DNA of 64,000 nucleotides from Mayamaea pseudoterrestris (lineage: Eukaryota): positions 620,001 through 684,000 of the forward strand of contig BROI01000007.1 in the NCBI GenBank assembly GCA_027923505.1, written 5' to 3'. The notes under the pieces are model-generated. The model saw nothing but the letters and a program-made list of their open reading frames with translations, was not told the origin of the DNA and ran no database searches. Shown piece after piece: positions 10,311 to 22,175 of the stretch. Position 1 is the stretch's first letter. Each line of letters starts with the position of its first letter. Both the position numbers and the translations under genes were made by a program.

Positions 10311-10502
10311 TGAGCTAGTGTGTCGCTCCGGGACCCATAAAGTTTCTGTGCGGACATCTCATACCGTACTCGTACCGGTAGGTTAGATGAAACGTGCGCC
10401 GTCACGCGGAACAACGAAAGACTTCATCAAACGACATACTAGAACATCCACCGGTAGTCGAGTCAATTGAACAAGCACTGCTTGTAGAGAATTAAAAGTT
10501 TC

Positions 10503-11344
10503 ATGGCTTCCGATATGTGTGTCCGCCGACTGACGAAGGAATTGAAGGCGCTCAAGAAAGAGCCCCAGACAAACCCGAAAATTACAGTCGCTCCCAACGA
10601 AACAAACATTCTTGAAATGCACTATGTTATCGAAGGGACAACGGATACGCCCTACGATGGCGGTATCTACCTTGGAAAGCTCCTCTTTCCGAAAGAATAT
10701 CCGTTAAAGCCTCCGGTGAGTGGAACCTACGCAGCAGTCTGAGGCAGCTCGAGGCAATCGGAGCGTAAAATGACCAGTGAGTCGATTTGCGCATCATTGT
10801 CTTCTTTCTTACTCGCTCTCATCACAGGCAATTATCATGCTAACACCGAATGGGCGTTTCCATCCGAACCGGCGACTTTGTGTAGGTTATTATTTCGCAT
10901 CGCCTTTGCGTATCTTTTCCCTGTCGGTACGATCGCGGCTAACATTTTTCTTACATACTTTAGCTGTCTATGAGTAGCTTCCACGAGGAATCTTGGTGTC
11001 CGCTTTGGAGCACATCGACTGTCTTGACAGGAATGTATTCTTTCATGGTTGAAAGCACGTCGACCTTGGGCAGCATTGAAACTTCTGATCGCACGAAACG
11101 ACAATTGGCGACAGCAAGCTTGGAATGGAACGTCAAGAACGACCCAATGTTTTGCAAGCTTTTCCCTGAATATGTTGAGCGATACGAAGCCGAAGTCAAA
11201 GAGCGATTGGAGAATGGTGGTGCTGCATCGGGCAACATGATCGGCGCCTTTGGCCGGGAGCGCCTCAATAGTCCTTCTCTCGCCACAATACTTGCCGGCT
11301 TGCTTGCTCTCTTTTCGTTCGTAATGGCTTTTTTGTTTTTGTAA
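10503..11344 (+). CDS. UBC6: Tail-anchored E2 ubiquitin-conjugating enzyme (Ubc6/UBE2J); introns about 10716-10827 and 10882-10963
   Basis: Spliced YPLKPPAIIMLTPNGRF..RLCLSMSSFHEESW with catalytic Cys; C-terminal TM helix. Confidence 0.93.
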
Positions 11345-11532
11345 GGACGGTAACGGTTTTGACGGAAGAGATGAAGAATGCATGATGTAAATCCCTAGAA
11401 TATCGACGACCGACACTCGACACTTGCCCCCAAGGATCAAGTGATCAATGTGTAGCCAGATTAGTTTATAAAGCTTTATCTAGTGATGGAATGGAAGCTA
11501 CTCGTTGTTCCAACCAATCGGGCGCTATAGCG

Positions 11533-11985
11533 TCACATGGACGACGCTTCTTCCGAAGAACCTGCTGCTTTGAGACATATCGTTACTCCAGTCATTACCA
11601 ACGACGCCCCAAAAAGTGCTCGGCCTGGTCTATTGACGCGCTCTCCAAGGTAGATGCTAGTAGCCATTGCAAAAACTAGTGCAAGAGCATTGCAGGCAGG
11701 GACAGCTAGCGAAAGATTCGTCCTCGAAAGAATGAAATAGAAGACTAATGAACCAAGCTGATTACACAGATAGGGCAGCAGCACTCTTAGTCGGCGAAAG
11801 TCAACAAGGGACAAGAACAGTCTTCGAACGACGCTGTCATTTGCTTTGCCTGCTGATTGCATCGTTACTGCCTTCAAAGAAGCATCTGCGTTTGCGAACA
11901 AGGACCCTCGCCGCAAAAGTGGATTGGTGCATCCCCAAAGAGTTCCCACTAGGACAATGGCACAAGCATCAACGACGTTCACCAT
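11533..11985 (-). CDS. TMEM234-family small membrane protein
   Basis: LVGTLWGCTNPLLRRGS, PYLCNQLGS, LSLAVPACNAL motifs; start taken at first ATG. Confidence 0.85.
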   Translation of the reverse strand: MVNVVDACAIVLVGTLWGCTNPLLRRGSLFANADASLKAVTMQSAGKANDSVVRRLFLSLVDFRRLRVLLPYLCNQLGSLVFYFILSRTNLSLAVPACNALALVFAMATSIYLGERVNRPGRALFGASLVMTGVTICLKAAGSSEEASSM

Positions 11986-12313
11986 GCTGAGCACCACATA
12001 CACCCTTTTGCTTAATAAATATCATGCACTAATGTACGTGTGACACCTGCGACTGTCATTTAGTAATGTAAGCCAACTTGCGCCATGGTGATCAACAACA
12101 ACATGCGGAATAATGAACTGGCGCGGCAAGAAAATACAGTACGACTCAAAAACGGGGAAAATGTCTTTTCATAACCGTGACTTGTTTTCGTTCTCGCTCG
12201 CTTTGATGACCATTCACGTCTGCCATTCTGCCGCAGTCGTATCGATCACAAAGAGCTTGCGGTGCAGCACATTTCTTATAGTTTCAGCAAACAAATACAG
12301 ACATTCACGACCC

Positions 12314-12962
12314 ATGTTATCAGTTTGCCATCAACAGAGATTGGGCCGCACAATCATCGCCAGAGTTGTGCATCCAGCGCTGAGTAGAGTAAACGCTAGC
12401 AGAAGCTACCACGAGAAGATTGTGGAGCACTACGAGAATCCGCGCAATGTGGGATCACTTGATAAGTCTGATTTGAGCGTGGGAACGGTACGTACTTGCT
12501 TCGTTATATAGCTGGTGGATTACGGCGAGACGTTTGCAATTAGGATGTCGTCTTGCTGCATGTATTGTCTCGTTGTCATGTTTTCATGTTTCATGTTTCT
12601 GCGGCAAACTCAAACTCTGTCTTGCCGTTTTATATATTTAGGGCCTTGTTGGCGCTCCTGCTTGTGGTGACGTTATGAAGCTCCAGATAAAGGTAGGAGC
12701 TGATGGCACAATAATCGAGTCTAAGTTTAAGACGTTTGGATGCGGCTCTGCCATTGCCAGCAGCTCAGTGGCCACAGAATGGGTAAAGGGGAAGACCGTT
12801 GATGATGTATTGGGCATAAAGAATAGTGACATTGCAGCGCATCTCAAATTGCCACCGGTGAAGCTTCATTGCAGCATGTTGGCGGAGGATGCCATCAAGG
12901 CTGCCGTCAAGGATTGGAAGAAGAAGCAGGCAGGAGTTGCTTCCGCCAAGCATGCTGCGTAA
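12314..12962 (+). CDS. ISCU: Mitochondrial Fe-S scaffold IscU/Isu1; intron about 12488-12641
   Basis: YHEKIVEHYENPRNVGSL, GAPACGDVM, FKTFGCGSAIASSS, LPPVKLHCSMLAEDAI. Confidence 0.96.
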
Positions 12963-13195
12963 TTTCTGGATGTAAATGCAAATTGTACTATTTCACAAGC
13001 TTAGCGAGGTGCGGGTATTGAAAGTTGAAAGGTCTTGTTGCGGAGGATACGATACGTTCACGACTTTTTGAGGGACGTTTGGCTTGAGCAATTGAGAGGA
13101 ACGAATTTGAAATGCAAGAACATAGAATTGAAAGTCACATTATGGTATATAATACTTGTTTACAAAAGTAAGATATAGATGACGAAAGCACACAT

Positions 13196-13714
13196 TTATA
13201 TAGCTCTGGCAGCCTTGAGCAAACGATCCAGTTCGCCGCGCTCGTCGAGCTTGAGAACACCGCCCATTGGTCCATCATTACACCCTCCGACAAACTCCTT
13301 GTTGATCCAAATTGCGGGTACTGATGTTCGTCCAATTATCTCACCGAGTTCGGCGCGAATTGCTTTTCCTTGGGCATCAATGTCGAGCTCAATTACCTTG
13401 TACTTGGTTTGCTTGGCATCGAGGCATGCCTTGGCCTTTATGCAATAGGGACACGTCGTAAAGCTCATCATTAAAACTGGGTTTCCGTCAATAAGGTTTT
13501 CAATGCGTTTACGGATGGCTTTTGCGTCGTAATCTCCAGCAAGGCTTTTCACGAGCGCCTTCTTTCCGTCGTTGAAGAATTGGAATAAATGGCAACGAAT
13601 TGTCGCCCTTTGCAGTGCTGGAGTTGGCGGCACAAACGACTCAGATAGCTGCAGTAGCGCAAGGGCAACCAACATCCCCAAGCATGGAATGAAACACCGT
13701 GTGATAGCCACCAT
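13196..13714 (-). CDS. CPYC glutaredoxin, probably plastid-targeted
   Basis: TTCPYC, TSVP, FVGGCND; signal peptide ending SES-F. Confidence 0.92.
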   Translation of the reverse strand: MVAITRCFIPCLGMLVALALLQLSESFVPPTPALQRATIRCHLFQFFNDGKKALVKSLAGDYDAKAIRKRIENLIDGNPVLMMSFTTCPYCIKAKACLDAKQTKYKVIELDIDAQGKAIRAELGEIIGRTSVPAIWINKEFVGGCNDGPMGGVLKLDERGELDRLLKAARAI

Positions 13715-15055
13715 GGTCAAAAATTTATGGTGGCGCAGTTACATCGAGTGAATCTGACGGGATCATAAAACAATTGTTGGCTGACGTACGTAGCGAATGG
13801 AAGCGTCGTAGCGGTTTTAGAAGCTCACCGGTACTCACAAAGATCGGACCATTCACCATCGCGCGCACAGATCAGTCGACGACGACAACATACAGTACAT
13901 CATCGAGCCTGTTCAGAAATCATCCATCGGACGAAGCGCAACCATTTTTTTCTGTCCGAGTTCACAGTCTTAGAGTGTGCGTTGCTTTGTTGAGCCGAGC
14001 TCCCCATATAAAGAGTTCAAACTCCTCTGCATTACCGGTCCACACGAGACAGTGTCTATTCATCGCCAAGCGCTGGAACGCTGAAACCCGATATAGAAGT
14101 GCCTCCATTACACAGTATTTAATATCTTTGTGCTACTCTGTGTCCCCGTTGCTTACGTGCACTAACGAAGAAAGGAACACACTTACTCTATTCACCAGAG
14201 GGCAGCAGGCGCGACAAGAAGCGGCGCTGGTGCCATCCTTGCATTATCGTTTTCACACTGATAGTTCAACTCTTGGAGGCTTCTTCATATGATAAATGAC
14301 ACTGGAAGATCGACAAAAGTCCATCAAGGGCATCATCGACGGTGTCGTCGAACTTGAACGTGCTTGCGACAACAAGACTGGAGACTCGCTTGCTGCTTGC
14401 TGGGAACCCCGCCGACATTAATTACTACCGATGCTCAGTGCTCAGAGAAAAAACGAGACAATTGCTGCAATGTCGTCAATGGAATTTGCCTCCTGTCAGT
14501 GTCTGAAATTTTGTTGGCTGGTCTGCAAACTGCCATGTTGACATAGCAAGACGAAATCACTTTGCATTCACAGTCAACCACGACTTTCAAATGGAAAATG
14601 CAGTTGGAGCTGGTTTCGCGGCATTAACAAGGATGTTGGCAATTGCGACGAAACGCTAGCTCTGGTCCACACAAGTGCAGCCTGGGCATAAGTGGTCCAC
14701 TCTTAGTCTTTAGCAACATAAATCAGTTCCACCCTCGCGAAGTAATTCTCATGCCACTGCAAATTATCGATGACGTTGACGAGTCCAAAGACTTGTATGA
14801 ACGTTATAGCGTACTTGAAAGTATTCCACGGTTTACGGGACGCAAACTCATTCAAAAGACCATGTTGACGCTTGTGAGGACGTTGTTGGACGCGACTTTG
14901 TTCAAACACGCAATGAACAGCGTGCGTCGTAGCGTCGACAATGAGCGACAACAAGTTCTTTTACTGTTACTGACGAACACTGATATTGACTATAGACTAT
15001 GTTTACATAAGCAAAGCTATAAACAAGTTTTACGACGCCCCTTGGCATCGTGATC

Positions 15056-17205
15056 TTAATCACACATACTTTTATCCGACGGCATTCCAATCGGTAGCCG
15101 CGTGGGCGGAATAATTATAGCAGCCTTGGACATCTTTTCGCCACGGTACTCCTCGACTTGCGTCAACTTGACTTCCAGAAAGTTCTCAAATTCCGTCATC
15201 AGCTCACATGCCGATTCAATCTCCTTCACTGCAGCGTTCTTCTTTTGAATACTTTCGTCAGTGTGTTTCTGTCGAAGTGCCTCCAACAAAGCCAATTCGC
15301 GCTCCATGACCGCCACTTGCTCTTCCACGCCCATGGGATCGCGGCGTGCTTCCACTTTCAAAGACAACGCGTCTGTCTCGCGCTCACGGACTTCTAATCG
15401 CTTCTGGTGCGCTTTTTGCTCCGAGTTTAATGACTCCTTTGACTTGGCAATCTTGTCTAAAAGAATTTGCTGAATTGACAAGACATCATCCTTAGCACTG
15501 ACAGTCTCAGCAAGTCGATCTAAAGCGTCCTGGATCTCTCCTCGCACAGCTACCGCCTTGGTGTCGACATGCAGTACTGCGTCTATAATTGCACGCTGCA
15601 AGTCGTCTTTGCAAGTGACACCAAAAGCACGTTTAGGATCCGCATCGAGGAAATAATCTTCATTGAGAGCAAATGTATACAGACGGAAAGCTTCAGTAAA
15701 GTCGTCAGAGCTCCGAACGTCACGAAGTTTGCAGTTGAGCTTGTTCATTATTGCTGCGCTTACAAGGGCTTGCTTGTTAAGCACATCTTCGTGTTCGAGC
15801 AATTCCTTCTCTCGTTCGATTTTGACTGCTTGTTGGGAATGTAGGGCATCCATGGCGCCTTTGCTCTCGGCCTCAAGCATGGCCAGATCACTTGGAGAAA
15901 GTTTTTGCGTTTTTATAGCATGCTTCAAGTCGTCAATGTGACCAGCCATTCGCAGAAGCTTGTCGTTGGCATCGCACAGCTCATTGGCGAGATCTTGCTT
16001 CTTTTGCTGCAAAGACTTTTTGTGATCGTCCATCTTCCTATTCAAGTCTTGGAACTGTTCAAGGTCAACCAAGTAATCGTCGCGTTTCTGTTGCCATTCG
16101 GGAAGGCTAATGACGGACGAATAGAAGGTGAGATTTAACGATGTCTCTTAAAACTCAAAGATACGACAATCCAGTAGGCAACTCACTTTCCGGCATCCTG
16201 TCGAAGCATGTTGGTCCGCTCAATGATAGTGGCATTTAAATCTTCCACTCGTTCCACTTCATTCTCCAGCAACTTATCGTCCTCATCGAATCGCTTTTGG
16301 AGCGCCAGCTCGAGCTCATTGATTCGTGCTGAATCGCCTTGCATGAATGACTGATACGACAAAAGCAAGTATTGGTAGAAAGCCTTGACAGTGTTGGTTT
16401 CCAACTCATCCAGTGACTCGAAAGGCTTGTCGCCAAAAAGGTAGTCGTCTGCTTCGTCAGATCGGAGAATTGTCAAGTGTTCCGCCAGCCAGCAGAGGGC
16501 TGCCAAGAGCGTTGGCCACGTATGCGGAGACCCAGCAGCGGCCAATGATGTTTTGGAAATAGTAAAGGGGTATCCGAGGCATTTAAATTGGAGACAAACT
16601 TCGTCTTCAAATTTCATGTTAGAATCGACTTGAAAGTTCGGGTCAGTCAAACGAAGCATGAAGGTAAGAATCTGATTAAATTCTCTGCTGGAAGGCTGTC
16701 CAAGACTGCGGTGAGTCACTGCATGAGGATAGTTAGTTTCCTTTAGAAAGGTCATGAGCGTCTTCGAGGCTTTGAGTTGGAATGTTTTCTCAGTGATTGG
16801 CCGAGGATCAGTCGGAAACTTGGCGACGCTCGGGCCAATCGATTGGCGCCGCGCAATGGCAGCTCCTCCCATGCTGCGACGACTCGATGCGGCCGTCGGT
16901 GCCAAGACTCCCGGCGATGAGAGCACTCGAGAGTCGGAAGACGTAGGAAGGGTTCCCCCAGCACGTGGAGTCGAAGGGACTGGCGGAGCAAGTTTTTTAG
17001 CCGACGGCGGAGCGTTTTCTCGCCCACCAACGCGAGGGATCATGGACTTTCGTCCAGTAGGAGGTCGAATCGGCTTGACTCCGCTAGCTGCGATCGCTGC
17101 TTTTCCTGAACGTTCAGCTGACATGCTGCGACGGTTCGTCCGCGCAATAGAGGCTGAATCACCTCCAAGCGTCATGCGACGTGATTGAGGAGGTCTTGGC
17201 GGCAT
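15056..17205 (-). CDS. NDC80: Kinetochore protein Ndc80/Hec1; intron about 16108-16186
   Basis: Basic N-tail, DPRP..., LGYPFTISKTSLAAAGSPHTWPTLLAALCWL CH domain, long coiled coil in exon 2. Confidence 0.93.
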
Positions 17206-17455
17206 TGAAGCTGGTTCACTTTTCCGAAGCTATGAAAGGGTATAAATAGTCTTTATTTCTGCTAAACCGCGTCTGATTGACGAGTGACTACCATATATTA
17301 TTTGCCATGGTGGATCGGATAATCCAACAATGCAACGACATTTTCAATGTATCGGATCGCGACTCACAACGGAGAGTTCAAGTTTGAAAGATATTGTCGT
17401 GACGTCACTGCACCTTTGTGTGGCCCGATGGAACTTCGGCCCTCATTCTGTGACC

Positions 17456-18570
17456 ATGGCAGTCTCTTTGTTCGGGCTACTCTGTGCATTCAAGCTACTT
17501 TCCACCAACTACCATCAGTGCTCGGCGTTCTCGCCACGAAGTATTAACAACAGGCGAGGCGTTGTAGCCAACCCCTTAGCAACCACTACTGTGACGACCA
17601 TGTGTGCCACAGAATTGTCCCACGACTTGCTCGATCACGTATTAGAAGTTGCCATTCAGGCCTCCAAAAAGGCTGGCGATCTTATTCTTGGAAATGCAGG
17701 AGGTGCAGTGGTCACCAAGTCCAAGGCTAACAGTCGAGATTTATTGACGCTTATCGATCCTATGTGCGAAGCCATCATCAAAGAAACAGTATTAAATGCC
17801 TTCCCAGATCACGATTTTCTCGGCGAGGAAGATGTCATGCCAGGCAAGCACGCCAGTGCTGCAGCAATAGAAGCCAAGTTAGGACTCGCGGTGTCCGACT
17901 GGCTTTGGGTCGTGGATCCCATCGACGGAACGTCTAACTTTGTCCACGGCATGCCGCTATGCATGCCGTCCGTTGCTGCCTGCTACAACGGCGAGGTGGT
18001 TTGCGCCGTCATTTACGACTGTCATCGTGACGAACTATTTACGGCTGTCAAGGGACAAGGGGCATTTATGAACGGAATCGCAATACATGTCGGACAGCAG
18101 TCGACGGTGGGCGAGGCTATTGTTGCCATGGGATCGCCACCCGCCGAGGAATCTATGAAAATGAGTATAAAGGGTGTTACTGCGCTCATGCCCAAAGTAC
18201 GAACCATTCGAATGTTAGGCAGTGCTGCTCTCATGCTTGCGTGGGTCGCGAATGGCAGATTGACATGCTATTGGGAGTATGATTTGAGGTAAGCGACGCG
18301 AGCGAATGAGTGGCTTGGTGCGACTGTGCGACTGAGCCTACAACTATTCATCTGACATTGATTAAAATTAGTGTAACTCACTGTTATGGCACCAAATTAT
18401 CCAGCTGCTGGGACATTGCTGCTGGGGCACTTCTCGTCAAAGAAGCTGGCGGCCGTTGTACAGACCTTGCTGGAGCAGACTTCGACCTCCGAACGAGGAA
18501 GATGTGTGCCAGCAATGGAAACGTACACGATGAGATAATAGACACGCTCAATGAAGCTGGCGTACAATAA
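17456..18570 (+). CDS. Inositol monophosphatase family protein, probably plastid; intron 18289-18404
   Basis: [46 protein letters not shown] presequence. Confidence 0.93.
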
Positions 18571-18688
18571 TATAACAAAACAAGTGCACATCTACGAGCG
18601 CGATTTCTATTAAAGCGATACACGAGTGTAAAAACGTAGAGTGGCGCTTTAACACTACCGGTAAGAAAGCCGCGTCATGCCGCGATAT

Positions 18689-19717
18689 TCACGCATCTTC
18701 ATCGTTAGTATCGCAATCCGACGAAAACCCATCAGTGTCGTCGACTTCGACAATTTCCTGCAAAGCGCTTGATTCAACGGATTGCGTCCCAACCGAATCG
18801 TTGGTAACTTCATTCTCGTCCGATGATGGCTCAAGCTGTCGCATCGCTGGATTCTTGAAAGGTCGCTCAAGATTTCTTCCCAATACATAAACCTGGAAAA
18901 GTGGACTGTAGATGAGATTGGATACACTCGTGATTGTTTGGATGAGCAGTGGCTGAACTTGATTCATTTTGAAATGCAGAAACCACACAAACAGCATATT
19001 GAAGAGAAGACCACTTTGCATGCTTTTAGCTTGCTTCAAGTCGTACTCCATCACTGTCAATTCTGAGGATAGCAGCGAAGACGCCAGATTTTTCATCATT
19101 CCACTATGATCGCCGAGTTGCGAGTTAAGAACTGCATTGAAAGGTGACGACATGATCAAAAGAGATCGGTTATTATCTGTTTTTGCTTTCATTCGAACCA
19201 AGAGAACAAAGCTTTGCAAGGCAATCAGATAGGCGACGAAAGAAATTCTGGCAATGCGCACGGTCGTTGGGTGAAACAAATCGACATATTTTGCAAGCAG
19301 CATGACACCAAGACTTGCTCCAAGACTGATCATTGGCGATGGGATCAGCGACTCGTCGTACTTATCAATACCAAGCTTACGCTGTGATCCAGAAGTCTCG
19401 TCTGCCAGATTCGCATGTTCGTCATCGTCAGTTTCGGAAACTTCTGCTTCGCTGTCATATTCGTCTTCTTCTTGGTCATACTCATCATCGTCGTCTTGGC
19501 CCATGGACCCGCCTCTCACATTGATAAGCGTTCTATATTCCGATGCCGCTTCGGTTACTGTTCCCCAAAATTTCCTTGAGAGCGTTCTAGGTGCTGCTTT
19601 CGACGAGCGTGGAGTTCTTTGTAGGATACGATGGTCCGACGCCGAAGCGTTTCCGAGCACAAATATGCCAAGTAGCCCAAGGAGCATCATCGTCATGTTT
19701 CTCAATTGAATACGCAT
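18689..19717 (-). CDS. PHO88/SND3-family membrane protein with signal peptide and acidic linker
   Basis: TVMEYD, FLHFKM..QPLLIQ, PLFQVYVLG..LERPF. Confidence 0.8.
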   Translation of the reverse strand: MRIQLRNMTMMLLGLLGIFVLGNASASDHRILQRTPRSSKAAPRTLSRKFWGTVTEAASEYRTLINVRGGSMGQDDDDEYDQEEDEYDSEAEVSETDDDEHANLADETSGSQRKLGIDKYDESLIPSPMISLGASLGVMLLAKYVDLFHPTTVRIARISFVAYLIALQSFVLLVRMKAKTDNNRSLLIMSSPFNAVLNSQLGDHSGMMKNLASSLLSSELTVMEYDLKQAKSMQSGLLFNMLFVWFLHFKMNQVQPLLIQTITSVSNLIYSPLFQVYVLGRNLERPFKNPAMRQLEPSSDENEVTNDSVGTQSVESSALQEIVEVDDTDGFSSDCDTNDEDA

Positions 19718-20093
19718 GAATCTGACTGTCCTTTGTGTAATACTGCAATGGTTGCGAGTTGTTATTTAGCCTACAAGTGGCAACATGAATGATGCAAGAA
19801 TCGACAGTGAAAATAATTTGGTCGGTGGGGAGATGGGGGCACATTCCAAAATTGAGTAACGGTTCGACACCAGCTACGGGGAGCTTTGGTCGTACATGAT
19901 GTATATATTAACTGTAAAAGTCAACATTTTTGCAAGTGCCATTTTTTAGCTCCGTAACAATAGGCATACTACTCTACTACACAGAGTACGTATAATAATG
20001 TATCAGGAGCTTTGCTTCGCTATACCCACTGACTACCGTATATTTGGAGCATTTGGTCGCGTGATTTACCGTCTTGAGTGAACGTCACATGTG

Positions 20094-21929
20094 TTAAAGG
20101 TGTTTGTCAGACGACTTAAAGTAGGGTTCAGCACTCGTCTGTACTTTGTTCTTGACTTTAAGGCCACCTTGTGCAGCAGCCCAGGCTGCCGCTTCTGACA
20201 GGTACTGGCAAAACACTGTACACAAGTAGTTCACGCTGCGGCAATTGGCATCCTGTGCAGATTTCGTTGCAATCCTTACCGCTTCGATCGCCGACTCCAA
20301 GTGACACAACACTTCATACATCAACGTTGCTTCAGTGGTGCGGCCATACTCTTTGCCTGGCACCTTGGCGCTGGAGATTGGCGGCCACTGCAACAAGGCA
20401 ACATCAAAGGACGATAGAGCAAGAAGGAGAAGCGCTTGGGCTCGTACGTAGTCGTCCGCAAAATCATAGTTAATCTTGTTGCGCAAAATGTCAATGGCGA
20501 CAGTCGAGGCCACGAGACAGAACCACGACAAACTCTTAGCATCGGACGCGCGATTCAAGATTTTGTCCCGGTTGTCAAGGATTGGCCGGGTGTTCAAGAC
20601 GTGGGTGCGCCACTCGGGAATATTAAGAACGCACTCAAACGCTTTGGCAAGCAGATGAACCTTCAGCAAGCCGGTGGAGACTGGTGTGAGCTCGATCATC
20701 GCTGACCAAGTGAGATACCCCTGTGCATCCGGATAATTCGTGTTGGGCACCTGTCCAACGATTGTCATGTTTCGAAATACTGCCTCGGCAGTCGTCTTGG
20801 TCCAACTGTCATAAGCTGCTCCATCCAATTCCTTCATTCCACTCGTCAGGGTCAAGAGAATGTTGTGGATGTGTTCGACTGAGTCAAGTATCAACTCATC
20901 TAATGACAATCGCAAAAAAGTTGTCGTGATCATCGTTGCAATGGCTGGATCGAGACTTATCTTTCCATCACGCGAAAGTCCTTTGTCCCAGAGTGATAGC
21001 AAATGCTCGAGTCCACTAACATTGCATATAAAGTCAACGCTTAGCTTACCATTCTCTTTCTCGTCGAAAGGTAATGTGTTTTGAATGAGATCGATCCACA
21101 CGGTGAGGCAATCGAGCAATGCCGTCCATGACTTGAACCAGCAAGTTTGTGGAAGCAGTCCATTTTGAATAATTTCTGTCAGTGCTTGTTTTGACGCTTC
21201 GGCAAGTTGATTTTCTGGAAGTAGACTAAGCGCCGAACAAAAAAGCCACGAACAGACACTTTCCAAGCCCGCCCTGCTGTCGTCGGTCGCCTGGACGACC
21301 TCGGCGAGTCGACCGACTTGCAAGAACTTAATGAGACACCCCTCGCCTTCAGCAAGTACATCATCCAATCGGCGCAGCCATGTCATTTCTTTTCGCGTTA
21401 AACCATCAATATCCATGCTGGTCTCCTGCTGCACATGTTGGTTGATTATTTGCTGTAGTGCGGCAATCGCCTCGTCCGTTGTCTGAAATGACTTGAAATT
21501 GTCATTCGTCGCTCGCGCCGGATCATATTGAATCATCGTTCGTTTCCCGTATCGCTCATGTTGACATGTCTGAATGGCTTCTATGCGTGCCTTGAGCTCG
21601 TCATCCGGCAAGGCATTGTCGGTGTATAGTCCATAAAGGCCTTCGAGTTCTCTATTTACAGCTTTAGTGTTTGATTGAGCAACTTCTGAGACCATATCCG
21701 TCAACGGATCATCGTTCATATCTTTGTATGCTCCCTGGTCGGTGAGCCGTGATCGTTGCAAGAAGCGCTCATTGTTTTCGGCGATGCACAAATCTAGAAA
21801 GGTGTCTTCGTCTTCGAGTTGTTTCTTTTCCCCTGGCGTTCGCAAGGGAGTCTTATTGTAGTTCATGTCTTCCAATGAGCTTTCGTCGCTTTCCAAATCA
21901 GTCATGGTGACAGAATAGGTACTGTACAT
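20094..21929 (-). CDS. Hypothetical helical protein (start uncertain)
   Basis: Open frame longer than 600 codons, no motif recognised. Confidence 0.7.
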   Translation of the reverse strand: MYSTYSVTMTDLESDESSLEDMNYNKTPLRTPGEKKQLEDEDTFLDLCIAENNERFLQRSRLTDQGAYKDMNDDPLTDMVSEVAQSNTKAVNRELEGLYGLYTDNALPDDELKARIEAIQTCQHERYGKRTMIQYDPARATNDNFKSFQTTDEAIAALQQIINQHVQQETSMDIDGLTRKEMTWLRRLDDVLAEGEGCLIKFLQVGRLAEVVQATDDSRAGLESVCSWLFCSALSLLPENQLAEASKQALTEIIQNGLLPQTCWFKSWTALLDCLTVWIDLIQNTLPFDEKENGKLSVDFICNVSGLEHLLSLWDKGLSRDGKISLDPAIATMITTTFLRLSLDELILDSVEHIHNILLTLTSGMKELDGAAYDSWTKTTAEAVFRNMTIVGQVPNTNYPDAQGYLTWSAMIELTPVSTGLLKVHLLAKAFECVLNIPEWRTHVLNTRPILDNRDKILNRASDAKSLSWFCLVASTVAIDILRNKINYDFADDYVRAQALLLLALSSFDVALLQWPPISSAKVPGKEYGRTTEATLMYEVLCHLESAIEAVRIATKSAQDANCRSVNYLCTVFCQYLSEAAAWAAAQGGLKVKNKVQTSAEPYFKSSDKHL

Positions 21930-22175
21930 TCGAGGTGGAAAGTTGGCAGTGTGTGAGCCTGTGCGCCTGTGCGCCTGTGATGAGCGCTTGGCGCACAGAC
22001 CGGGCCAATGCGATCTACGTGGCAATGACGTCATATTCGTCCAATTAAAGTCTTCATCTGGTTTTTGTGGCGCGCCACCATGAATCTTGCCGCGCTTCGT
22101 TTCGAACATATTTTTCGACCGAAGCCTTCTCTCGCAATTCTCTCACAACATTGTTACATTTTCCATATAAGAGCA

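Noticed and set aside
12314..13714. ISCU beside a glutaredoxin as an Fe-S gene cluster
   Set aside because: The glutaredoxin is CPYC-type with a plastid-like presequence, while ISCU is mitochondrial
13774..15053. Short ORFs between glutaredoxin and NDC80
   Set aside because: No motif, mostly non-ATG starts, no consistent splice model; may be a gene remnant but cannot be supported
15056..17205. Kinetochore gene NDC80 about 5 kb from a possible centromeric satellite
   Set aside because: No mechanism links gene position to centromere function; treated as coincidence
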